Shown here one piece after another: positions 51,817-64,000 of a stretch of 64,000 bases of DNA. The stretch's first letter is position 1, and each line of letters opens with the position of its first letter. Made by a program: the position numbers and the translations under genes. This DNA is from the human T2T-CHM13v2.0 reference genome, Homo sapiens: NCBI RefSeq assembly GCF_009914755.1, contig NC_060929.1, one strand, 5' to 3'. A model generated the notes under the pieces. The model searched no databases. It was not told the DNA's origin and saw only the letters and a list, made by a program, of their open reading frames with translations.

Positions 51817-54078
51817 GGTCCTGACTTGAATTTATAACATGAAAGGTGGAGATTGTAACTTTCACAGTGTAATAAAGTCTGATGGTGAAACAGCCTGTGG
51901 AGCTTCTGAATCAGAGATGCCCATATTTCAACACCGACCCAGGATCCTGGGAAAAACGGGTCCTTCACAAAGCCCAGTAGGCTGATGCCATTCCTTGTTC
52001 CCCACCTGCAAACACGTTCAGCACACTGCACAGGTAAACCGGCAGTAGGCCAAGCTCCTAGGGTGCCTCAGGGTGACCTCTCCCTCGGTTTCTCTCAATA
52101 TATCATTGATTCTGATGAGTTTTATGACGTATTTCAGCCTGGGCAGCCTCAGCAGGATCCCCTTTGCAGCCATAGCCTGCCACTCTACCCCTTGCCCTGC
52201 TTCTCCATCCCACTATTCCCTGCATGCAGCAATGCACCCTCTCTCACAGGGCTCCTGCCAGAGCCTCCCAGGCGATCTATCTAGCTCAGCTCCTTTTGTA
52301 GCTGCCTTTCTTTCACATTCCTGTCTTTCAGAACATTTTCTCAATTTGTAAACATGCCCTCATTCCTGTGATTATTTGATTAACATCTATCTTCTCAAAC
52401 AGTCTGCAAGTTTCATGAGGGGAGGGACCACATCTGCTTTTGCTCACAGTAGAATCCCAGCACCCAGCTTGGGCCTCCACTCTCACCCCTTCCAACCCAC
52501 CCTTCATGCAGTTGCCACAGCACTCTTCCTGAAAGCAGACCCAATTACATCTTCCTCCTTTTACAAAGGCCTTAGCGGAGACTCTAACACTCTATCAGGA
52601 CTTATGAAGTGCTTCACAATCTAGCTCCCACCTGATGCTCTGATTTAATCTTCTGCCATCTACCCAAATGCCTTCCTACGTGAAGCTCTCCAAAAATGCC
52701 TTGCACATGCCAGAGTGCCCTTCCAGTCATCCTCCCAAACTCTCTGTTTAGAGCCACCCCTTCTAGGAAGCCTTCTCTGACTGCCAGGTAGGGCTCAGTG
52801 CTTCCTCCTCCCTGTGCTACTCAAGTACCCTTTGATGATGATCATATGGGATCGTAGCTGTTGCTTTTGCCCCCTGCAAAATCCCCACTGATCCATGAGT
52901 TTCCTAGGAACAGAATTGTCTTATTAATCTCTATGGCCTCAGGGACAAACACCACTTGGCATAGAGTAGTTGCTCCATACATGTTTGTCAAATGAGGGAG
53001 CTCACTTTGGAATAGAAACCTGCTCTATCCAGGGGAGAATCACAGTCTGCATATTAAAGCTGAGATATGTAGAATCAGCAGGTTCTCAATGGTAATCAAA
53101 ATCGGAGTTAGTATGCTCTTTTTCAGAATTTACTACTATAGGAGAGCAACTCAACTTTTAGAGTCTTAGCATCCATCTCAAAGTGTAGGCCCTAGTGTGA
53201 GTGATGGAAATTTTAGGCCTAAGGTGGAGGATGGGCTTGGACTCATGCGGATTTGGATTCAGATTCTCTCATTGGCTCTATGATCTTGGGCAAGTCTGGT
53301 ACCTCTCTGAGCCTCAGTTTCCTGTAATAGTATTTGTATTATTCCACTGTGGATTAAATGAGAAAGCAGGTGCATATTTTTCATGAGTTGGTCAACAATT
53401 TGATATTTATTATTATTATTATTATTGCTGCTCTTTACCAACTCCAAAAGGATCATCTGAAGCCTCAATTTCAGCTCTAAGCCGAGTACGTGAAGCTCAG
53501 CCTTGAAGCTGGGACAGTCCGTGGCAGGTGGGGGTGTGTGGGCAGAGTCTTAAGGATCCTCTCCCTCAGCTGCAGTTCCCATAGCTGGAAGGGGAATCTG
53601 GCTTCTCTATGGCAAGGACAAGTTGGGTGGGGCTGAATCAGTGCCTCCTGAATCCCTCCCTCATAAAGTATGGAAATTTCCCATAAGTGTCACGGAAAAT
53701 ACAAGTTTCTAATTTTGCCTAGCATTGCTGAAGCTACTTCCATTAAAATGATTCCTGGGGAGACAGAACAACCTTAATAGAGGTATTATTTTGATTAGAA
53801 AACTCTCAACCCAGCTATGCTATGAAGCTGACTTCACAACAGCCTATAGAAAAGATGGGCTGAGATGATCTTTTGAGAAACAGAACACACATTTAGTCTC
53901 CAATCAGGATTGAGTCTGAAAGGCCAAGTTCACCCAAAGGGGAGACAGGGGCCCACCATGGGTTGTGTTAGAACACCCTTCACTTCCTACTCTGGACCAC
54001 CTCATTGCCTCCGGCCCCTCCTATTCTCTGTGTAGCTGTCCCATCACAGTCACCAGCTAGGGTGTGAGAAAGGCACTC

Positions 54079-54431
<353 letters not shown>

Positions 54432-55225
54432 TGAGCATGGACCTTTTATTTCTCTTTTTCTAACCCTGTAACAAGAGTGCTGGGACCCCAAGAGTTCCAC
54501 ACAACATAAACAGAAAGTCTTCACTTTATGGAATATGTGCATTTCAGCAAAGTTGGCTATAAAACGAACCTCCAAAAGCAAATCCTATTTGTCTACTGAG
54601 TTCTATGATAGGGTTAAAAATATGTCCCCAGTCACAAAATTCCTAACAGTCTGAACTGAGAACTTTTCTTAAAGACTTTATTAAAGGAAGTGTGTTCTCA
54701 GGTGATTTTTCTCTCCACTTCCTTACCCATGTCTTGGGATACTTCGATTTTGTACTCTGAGAGCATAAACCTTGTCTGAACATTTTTCCTTTCCTCACCT
54801 GTGGTCATTTTCAGTTTCTAATAGAAGTGGCTTGGAGATAATGAGTTGCCAGCAGGTGTACTATCTGTCATGCCCAGACAGGCCCCAGCTCACCAACTAG
54901 TGACCCATGCTCCTCCCCTTAGGCCAGCACTGGACACAGAAGTGGCTATGAAAAACAACCCAGACCTTTGAGAAAATTCTTGGTTCTGAAGAGGAAGGAG
55001 GCTGAAAAATTGGGAACTATTAATAGGATCTGACTTTGGGGCTTGCTCCCACTGGATCTGGCTACCTCTTCAGTAGCTTGTGCTTAAAAAAAATTGCCTG
55101 CATAGAGCCTGAAATCCTACTAATAAGATATTCACTTAAGTTAACAAGCTCCTTGTTTTTGAAGTACAAAGAGCTGAGAGTGACTTCCATCTCCCTATTG
55201 GTGCAATGATGAGGTTGGATCAGAT

Positions 55226-55406
55226 TAGCATTTCTCATACTGTGATCCTAGACCATCTGTACCAGAATCCTCCAGGGGCTTGTTAATGTTGATTTCTGGG
55301 TCCTACCCAGAACTACTATAATCAGACTCTCTAAGAGGAAGAGCCTGGGAAGTCCCACGTTTAGCCACCTCCCCAGGTGACTCTGATGTGGTTTGAAAAC
55401 CACTGC
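55226..55406. mobile_element. MER5-like hAT DNA transposon
   Basis: atttctcatactgtg ... gatttctgggtcctacccaga ... ctccccaggtgactctgatg ... tttgaaaaccactg. Confidence 0.7.
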
Positions 55407-56644
55407 TCTGTTAAGGCTGCTCATACTGTATATTTATTCACACCTTGGGCTAAACCAATTTAATCCATCCATTTTCTTCTAGCCTCTTCATTGAGGTCTG
55501 CCAGATGGAGAAAATGAGAATCTGGGAGTGGCCGGAGGGAGGCGGTATGTGATTTTAGAACTGGAAGACACTGGGCGATAGGGCAGGCCTTGGTTGAGGG
55601 TTGGGGCTGCAGTTAGTAGAGAAGTCTTTCTTCTCTTCTTTCCCTCTGTCTTAGAATGCTTGCCCTTCCTCTTCCCCTTGGGACAGTGCTACAACATGGT
55701 GAGACTGGTTTTTGTGAGCTGGCCTGGGACTGCACCCCTAGGGTGAGCAGAGCTCATATGAAAAAGCTCCCTGTAGGTTTCTAACAGCTGACTTTCGAAG
55801 TGGACTCCTGAACAGTCTTTAGAGACTCCAATTGCCCTTGGATGTGGCAGGAATGGGGTTGGGGGGAGGTCAAAAGTGGGGCTGGGGGGATACCTGCAGT
55901 GTGCTCCAACCCAAATTTCCCTTCTGTAGAATTGGGTCTGCCGAGTCTATAGAAACAGATGCTGAGTTCTATAGACTCCTGCCTTACCCTACAAGCTCAA
56001 AATTCCACAGAGAACAGGCCACTCACCTGTGGGTGGGTCAAAGGGAAGATTATGAGCTGGGCAGGGCAGCCTGGGGATGGGCTGCTCTGGAGCAAACATT
56101 CACCTGAGTGAAGTTGTTTGACTTCATCATCAGCATGGCTGGCACTCAGAACAGCTTTGAGTATCCTAAGGCACGAGTCTCATTTATTCTCACATGGCTT
56201 TTTTTTTTTTTAATTAACAAAGAAGATCTCTTGGGGGTGACATGCACCGGAGAGCAGTCAAAAGGTAAAAGATGACATTTACAAAAATCCATTCTTTTCT
56301 CTCTCCACTTCACTGCTCTATTGACTGTTTTTCTGTTCAATCAAATCCTATTCACAGCTACACATCTCATTTCAGGAACTGCCACGGCGATAAATCTCCC
56401 ATCCTTTCTTCACTGTGCTTGCCGCCTCCCCACCCTTTATCCTCTTCCCTCTCCTAGAAGGTCTGGGGTCCTCTTGGTTGGGTCTCTTGTGTCTAGGAAA
56501 TCTTCATTCAGTTTGCCTTTCCCCATCACTCTTCCTAATCCCAAAGACCCCAACCCAGGCCACCTGCCTTCCTCCCTGTATTGGTTAGCTGTGCTGCATC
56601 TAGTTGAGAATTGTGGCTAGGTCAGCCCTACTCTAAAGTCATAA

Positions 56645-56858
56645 TCTCTCTCTCTCTCTCTTTCGCCCTCCCCTCCCCTCCCTTCCCTCCCTCCTTCCCT
56701 CTCTTTCTTCCTTCCTTCCTCTCCCTCCTCCTCCTTCTTCTTCTTTTTTCTTTAATGAGGTTTCACTGTATTGCCCAGGCTGGTCTCAAACTCTTGGGGA
56801 TCCTTCCACCTCAGCCTCCCAGTGTTGGGATTATAGACATGAGCTACCAGGCCTGGCC
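56645..56858 (-). mobile_element. FLAM with an expanded CT-rich tail (56645-56750)
   Basis: Polypyrimidine tract, then gaggtttcactgtattgcccaggctggtctcaaactc ... catgagctaccaggcctggcc. Confidence 0.85.
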
Positions 56859-59451
56859 CCTTTGTCATTTTTCTGTGTGTCATGGCACTGATCTTCTGAG
56901 GGAGTGAGGGACTGTGGGCTGGTGATACAGGCTCTCCGTAGAGGAGGGAAGAGAGGGATTGCAGAGAATACTCTGGGCAGTAGGAACAGGATAGAAGTGC
57001 ACACTGTCAAATGCCCAGTCTACTGTTTATTTGACTACTTTGACTCTGGCTTCCTTTCTCCTGTTTATTCCCTCATTCTTGTTCATAAAGCATTTAATGA
57101 GCAAACAACCTTTGCAAGGCACCATGCTAGGCTAGAAACACAGGAGGGACACCAGGGTCTGATCACAGAAAGTAAGAGCCTTCGTTTATCGGCTGACATC
57201 CTCTCCATGTTCAGTAGCAATGCATCCCATGTGGAGTGGATACATTTAGTTTTACCTTTAGCAGATCTAGAGCAAATTTGCTTTTGGGTGATTGAAACTT
57301 ATTCTATTCCTTCAGCAGTTAATCACTAAGTATTGGAGTGATATAAAGTAGTCCAGCTGATTCAACAATGTGCTTGGCCTGTGCTGGTGGACAGTGTGTA
57401 AGCTAGACCACTGCCCAGAAAGGGCGCTATAGACCAATTCAGTACTCAGGTGTCTTTTCTTGCAATTTATTCTCCCCTGAGGATAAATTATTCACCATCT
57501 CCATTATCATCATTACTATTTATTGAAGGCTCACTTTATGCCAAGCATTGCATTTGGTCGTATTTCTTCTTATTGGATCCTTACAACAATCCTGTGAAGT
57601 TGGCTCTCTTAGTATTCTCATTTTGGAGCTGGGGAAATTGAGGCCCAAGGGATTTAAGCACTTGCCCAAGGCCACAAAGTCAGTAAGAGGCCGAGCTCAG
57701 ACTGAAACCTAGTCTGTCGGTCCATGGGGTACCAAGGCTCCAACATAGCCTGTGGGCCGAGGAGCAGAGCCAAGCACCTCTCAGGTGCATTTCTCAGCAC
57801 TGGGCCTGGCACCTATTCTCTTGACACACAAACTACTTTGCTTCAGGGAGTAACAGCTTCTGTGGTTCAGCAGCACCAGAGTCCCACTCTTTTAGGTAGT
57901 TTCAGCTGGGTGGGGCAGCGCAGTCCATAATTCTGAGCTAAGTGGCACAGAATTCATTGTACTTGGTTCTCAGAGACAAGTATCTTACCTTAATGGGTGA
58001 TTTCTCCAGAAGAGTAAGATGAGGCCCTGCTGCAACCTGGAAATTGCTCAGGGAGTCTGAGGGGCAGGGATCAGAGCCATTTCTACTAGCTGGAAAACTG
58101 ACATTCTAGGCCACTCAGGGCTTCCTGGGGACAAGTGTCAGGAAGTGCTTAGCCCCATTGATCCTGGCTGCTGTGCTGGGATTCCACAAGGCTGAAAACC
58201 TGACTATCCTCCTTTCAAGACTTTGGCCAAGAGCTTGGTGAAGGCAAGGAGAAGTTCTGGAACTGAGTGGGTCTGGGGCAGGACATGGACTGGAAACACT
58301 TCTGTGTTTCAGGCACTTTATGTAAACATCCTCATTTATCCATAAAGGTATTTGTGAATAAGGTGGGAAACCTTATTTTCATTTTATAGACGAGGACACA
58401 GAGGCTCAGATAAATCAAATGACTTAAGTTCACCGGCCAGTATATGCCTGTGTCAGGAAGTATATTCAGGTCTTCCACACTCTTCCACTAGACCCTTCTC
58501 GGTGCTACCGATGGCTGGCCCTCCAGGAGACTATCTGGCATCCTGCCCCGTGCCCATCCCCAGGGGAGGAGCTTTGGATCTTTGTGGACACAGGCTTAGA
58601 GAGCTCCATCACCACTTCCACGGTGGGGGATGTGCATGCCATTGTGTTACTCTGCCTGCTTTCTGGAGCACCCCTAGCAGCTACTTCTGGACCCCAATTT
58701 CAGTGTCTTGCCTCATGCTCAGGCTGCATGCCTCCTGCCTCTCTCACATGGGCTTTCCTTCCTGCTGCAGAGGCACATGATGCTGCAGGACTTGCTGGGT
58801 GTCCACACACAAGACCTGGCTTGCCCAGCCAGGCATGGAGAGCAGTGACCTGCAACCACTCGCAGACCTGCCTCCCATGCTGTGTGGATATGGCTTCCCC
58901 AGGGCTTCCCTGGAAGTGTAGGTGAGTTAACGTCCTATGGAGTGACTAATGAGAGACAGCAGATGGGACTGATCTGGATGATAAATTCTCTATTCTCAGC
59001 CTGATGGGCTATTCTGAGATGTGGTCTTTCCAGATAGTCCCCCTGGAGAGGTCCATCATGCCCATGCTGTGTATTCTGGTGGGCAGTGGCCAGGGAGCTG
59101 CCTGGATTTGCTTTCCCCATCTTCACTTCACACACCTCTCATGCAGCAGCACTTTGTACTTGCTTCCCCTCTTCCCATTCTTCACTTTCCTTTTTCCTTC
59201 AGTTTTATTTCCCTTAGATTGCAACTCCCTCACTCTAATAAAGTGTTAGCATGCAACTTTTACCCAGAGTTCTGTTTTCTAGGCAACACAGGCTAAGACA
59301 ATAATAACAGTAAGAATAATTTTTTTTACCACATATTGAGTTTACTACGTGAGTTACATCATCTCACTGAATCCTTGCACAATCTCTATGAAGAAGGTAC
59401 TATTATTATCACCATTTTAAAAACAAGAAAATGAAGTATCAGAGATGTTAA

Positions 59452-59777
59452 CCCATTTCCCCTTGGCCCCAAGAATACTCGCCAGCATGCTTGCTGCTGC
59501 ATTGTTTACCCTGAGATAACTCATGGATTGCAGTCCTAACTTTACCCCCAAAGTTTACCACCACAAAATATCTCGCTTTTATTATTATTTTCACATCACT
59601 CTAGTCTATCAACTTTGGAAACAAAAGACAACATTATATTAATGGCATTCTGTTTTTAGTAGTGGTCTTTCCATTTATGAAATTTCCATTTATGAAATAA
59701 TTCCTGATTGCTGAGAATGTCAAATCCTAGAAAACGTAGCATTCCTACATGTGATTTTTTTTTTTTCTAAATGGGAA
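59452..59777 (+). mobile_element. MER75 non-autonomous piggyBac, internally deleted, inserted at the TTAA of a MIR
   Basis: TTAA (59448-59451) then CCCATTTCCC; body aaaatatctcgcttttattattattttcacatc ... aatgtcaaatcctagaaaacgtagcattcctac; right end Tn-CTAAATGGGAA. Confidence 0.85.
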
Positions 59778-60001
59778 CATGCTCTGGTCACACGAAATGT
59801 AAGTGGCAAAGTGAGGATTTAACTCAACTCATCTGTTCAACTCCAGAACCTGAACTCTAAACCACCCTTGAATAAAGTTGCCTTTAACCTTGAGAGATAG
59901 CAAGGAAACAGCAGTCTCTGCAAGAAGCCACCTTCAGGAGACTCCCAAGGATTCCCAGGAAGCCCAGGGAGAACCTCAGGGGAAAGCTCTCAGATACTCA
60001 C

Positions 60002-60266
60002 GTTGTAAACGCTGGGTTGTATTTGGCACCTCGGTAGTAAGAGTACAGGTTGAACATCCCAATCATGAAGGCCACAAATACCATGATGAAAATGACCATG
60101 AACTTGAAGATATCTTTCACAGTTCTCCCTAGCGAGATCTGCAGGGGCCCAAAACTCTCGTTGGCTGGCAGAATGTATGCAATGCGAGAGAAGCTCAGCA
60201 CGACGGCTATCGCGTAGAGCCCTTCCGATATGATCTGAGGGTCTGAAGGCCACCACTTGTCCCTGG
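60002..60266 (-). CDS. TRPC7: TRPC7 exon (probably 7): (A)[55 protein letters not shown]...YNPAFT(T), S4, S4-S5 linker and S5
   Basis: TRPC3/6/7 signature [17 protein letters not shown]; ttttag|CC ... AC|gtgagt; 265 nt, in frame with the next exon. Confidence 0.97.
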
Positions 60267-61361
60267 CTAAAAGAAAACAATCTGGGTTACTCACGAGGCC
60301 ACAGGATCTATTCTAGAAGAGAAACCAGTTAGGCATCTTTAGAGGTCTCCAACTGCATCATTTGCCATTCTTGTCCTTGTCCTTAAATTAATCCCAATAT
60401 CCAGAAGTTGCCACCCTCCCTCTTGGAATGTGCTGGACCATCTGCCTGGAACACTCTTCTCTCACTTCGAAGTATGATTCATTCCTAATCCTCCTCTAAG
60501 ACTCTGCTCAGGCATCACCTCTTTCAGGAAGCCTTCTGTGATCCCCCTTACCCCCACCACGGGCTGGGCAGGTTCCCAGTTTCCGTCTGTGCTCTCATTG
60601 TATCCTGTACACCCTCCATGTCTTGGCACTCACCAGGCCACTTGCTATTCTGTCTCCCTCACCAGTGTTTAGCTCCATGCTCAGGAGCTGTCCCACTCAC
60701 TGGGGAGGCAGCGCGAGGAATAAGATGGGCAAGAGCATGGACTTGGGAGTCAGACATCCCTGAGGCTGAATGTGGCCCATCCACCTACTGGCCACATGAC
60801 TCTGAGAGACAACTAACTAACCTTTTGAGCTTTATTTTCCTCCTCTCTAAATTATGGATAATATCCATTTCACAGGACTGTGGAGAGGATGAAATGAAAT
60901 CATACATGTAAAGTGCTCAGCACAGGGTCTGGCACACAGCAGGTACAGATAAGTGTTTGTCAAATGACTGAATAGACTTTTAACCACAAGTTTAGACCAG
61001 ACACAGGTCAGAACAAATAAGCTCACATGGGGACCAGGAATCTAAAGGATCTTGCCTGAAAAAATACTCTTGGGTTTTGTTCCTCAGGTACTGTGTGCTG
61101 GGATATTGCTCCTTGATTAAGCTAAGGCCCCAAAGTGGTGACCAGTCAGGCAGGTTTGCCACGACAGCCCTGTTCCAGGTAGGCAAGGGTCCTAGGACTG
61201 ATCCTGAGCTGGGAAGGCTCTGCTTGTGGTCACTGTGACCACAAGGGCCTGAGCTCTCCTATGGGTATTTCTGCTGCAGAGCAAACCTGCAAAGTGTTCC
61301 TATTGCAGTTCTAATGGTACAAGGAGCAGCACCTATCACGAATCAGCTGTCTATTACATGT

Positions 61362-61544
61362 CAGTGATTCTCAAGTGAGGGCAGCACTTCTCTCATGGAG
61401 GATGTGTGGCGGTGTCTCTGGTTGTCAAAGTGACTGAATAGGAGTACTACTGGGATGCTAATGTCCTGCAATGCTCCAGACAGATCTGTACAATGAAAAC
61501 TGCCCTGCTGGAAAAGCTAATAGTGTCCCTATTGAGAAATGCTG
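61362..61544. mobile_element. MER20-like hAT DNA transposon
   Basis: cagtgattctcaag ... ggttgtca ... gggatgctaatgtcctgcaatgc ... ctaatagtgtccctattgagaaatgctg. Confidence 0.7.
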
Positions 61545-63149
61545 AGTGAAATATTAATTGAGAAGCATTGAGAAACCTAAATTAGCACTTACACTTACAT
61601 TAGCTGTAATTTTCACAACAGCCCTGTAGAGTAGATATCATTATTGCCATTTTTAAGATTGGATTTAGGGTATGGGGTCCTTTTCAGAGACCGGTAAATG
61701 CAGATAGCAAGGATATTACATAGCAATTCGTGGCATTCCAAGGGAGATTGAAGAGGAAGGCTTTTATTCTTTATTTTCAAAACTAGACTCTGTTAAATAA
61801 TTATAATAATAGAGAGCAGTAAGAAACCTTTAGTAAAGGAAGCCAGGCCACAAAGTTTCATGGAGTGATTCTAAATTGCATTTGGAAATATAATAACATT
61901 ACAGATTCTATGTTCTCATCAAGGTCATACCTCAAAAAACCATGAAAGACTAGTAAGCAGAATAAATTACATGTTTTCCAATATATCTGTCATCTTCTAT
62001 GGATAAATATTTGGATAAGATAAAATAAGACATAACTTCTCCCGTTAAACAGAAGGCAAAAAGGAATTCTTTTTTTCTGCGGCCTCTAGCTCACCATCTT
62101 AAACCTCAGTCACAATAACAAGACACTCTTATAATCTACTCAGATAGATTTAGCTGTTGTCAGATCCTGGTGACTAGGTCAGGACTTATATTGAAAAATA
62201 TTATATTTCAACTGACTTGTAAAGAGTTGTGATGAGTGTAGAATGAACAGCACTGTGATGATTTGGACAAAGGGGTTTTCTCCTTAGAGCTATTTCCAAG
62301 AGAAAAATTGCCCTATCACAACCTGAAAAATTGTTATCTGCGCATTTGGTGCTGTAGAGGTTGGAAGGAGCCACCGTCCAGCTGGCCACAAGAGGGCTCT
62401 CCTGCCCTGTAACTGGAGCACAAGTTAAGCCAGAAATCCAAAGGATTTCCAAGGGCACAGCGTGAACCGCAAATACAAGAGCAATAACGTACTATGCTTT
62501 GGGTTGGGTGAGACCTTAATACAACCCATAAAGCAACAGAAGTCAGAAGTGGACAATACTGCAGCCTGAATCCTGGCATTAAGAAAAGTACATAATGCAG
62601 CATCAATATTCTCTCTTCCTTCCTTGATGAACCCTAACAAGACAGAGGATAATATCCAAGCTATTTTGCTTTAAGAAAGTCTGAATTTGCCAAACCCCAA
62701 AATGGCAGAGGGTGGGTGGGTGGATGACTTGTAATACTACAAGACTCTCCATTTCTCAATGGAGATTTCCCTACCACATTTACATGTAACATAATCTACA
62801 CTGAAAACGGGCAGTTACTCAACTTTTGCGTTAAGCGAACAACCCTCTGCAGATCATTGTTGTACCTGACCACAGAATCATTGTTGTATCTTACCATAAA
62901 GATTCTGTGGTCCCGGAGCCATCTGGCTTCATGTAACAGGGACATTCAACACTCAATCCCTTCAAGATGTTGTAGCTACCATTAGCAATTGCCTACTAAG
63001 TGTCCAGCTGCTTTTTACTGTTAACAAGTATCTACTGTTCCTTCAACTTTCAACATCTTTCTGTTTCAGTACAGAAATTACAGTGTTTGAACAAGAAAAT
63101 GACCCAAAAGGTAGTAGTAAGACATAACTTATTTTAAAATAAGTAAGCA

Positions 63150-63400
63150 GATAATAGCTGCTACCATTAAGTGAGCATTTACTATTTTCACAGCAGAGTG
63201 CAAAGCGCTTCACATACACTATTTTATTCAGCCCTCAAAACAAACTTTTTGATGTAGGTATTATTATCTCTGTTTTACATATGAGAAAAAAGAGCTCAGA
63301 AAAGTTAAGTAAACAAGATCTCACAGTAAACTACCGAACTAGGATTTGAATCCAGGTCTCTTCTACTCCAAAGCTTGGGGACATAACCACTATGCTATTC
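63150..63400 (-). mobile_element. MIR SINE
   Basis: gtaggtattattatctctgttttacatatgagaaaaaagagctcagaaaagttaagtaa ... ggatttgaatccaggtct. Confidence 0.75.
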
Positions 63401-64000
63401 AGCATGATTTTCAAATCATGTCAGGCCAGGATTCCCTGCTATACAAGGCAATCCTGTATTTTCTGGAAACATTATAAGCCCTGCTATAAAAACCTGATTC
63501 TTCATGTTTAAAATAGGGACAAAAGAAGGACCCTTTTTTGCCGGGCTATTTGCAAGAATTAGAATTGTGTGTATAAAATGTCTACACAATTCCTGGCACA
63601 TAGTAGGTTCTCAATAAACATATGTTATAACTATTATTAGTATTCCTAAAGTCTCAATCTACTACATCAAACTGTAAGCCTTTGCATTTTGCAAGAATTA
63701 AGGTAATTAAGGTATCTTCTAAGAATGTATCTTGCCACCAAGCAATAACTAGGAAAGCAGGATTTATTTTTGCACAAAACACAGGGATCCAATATAGAAG
63801 GAAAATTCTTCCGCATATACATATCCCTTTAGCGCTCCTGGATGCACATCAGAAACAAGACGTTTCTTAAAAACAAACAAACTACAGAAATGTTCCCAAG
63901 GGCCTTTCAGAAACAAATTCACCCTTAACACAAAAAGATTCATTTCTCAAAGTCACTAATTCCACGTTCTATTCTGCTGGCTACACTTCCAGGACCAAGG

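Overview
Primate (very likely human, chr5q31 by my recognition of the genes) genomic DNA with two minus-strand protein-coding genes. SMIM32 is an apparently intronless 103-aa single-pass membrane microprotein inside a CpG island (about 3.9-5.8 kb). TRPC7, a cation channel, contributes its last six coding exons plus 3' UTR (about 25.3-60.3 kb, continuing beyond the window). All six exons have GT/AG ends and join in frame. The rest is intergenic or intronic DNA with Alu, L2, MIR, MaLR, a MER11 solo LTR with perfect 6-bp target-site duplications (TSDs), a piggyBac-derived MER75 and microsatellites. I found no CRISPR array, tRNA or rRNA, and no convincing new multi-gene system. The best leads are regulatory: (1) a strong-Kozak uORF whose stop overlaps an in-frame GTG of SMIM32; (2) oppositely oriented Alus bracketing TRPC7 exons 8-10, a circRNA-type layout; (3) a frame-preserving 81-nt CIRB-region exon like the one skipped in TRPC3c; (4) an antisense MER11 LTR with HNF4/GATA motifs; (5) a near-consensus CTCF site between the genes; (6) several small duplications and hairpins. 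Repeat subfamily names and exon numbers come from memory, not from a search.
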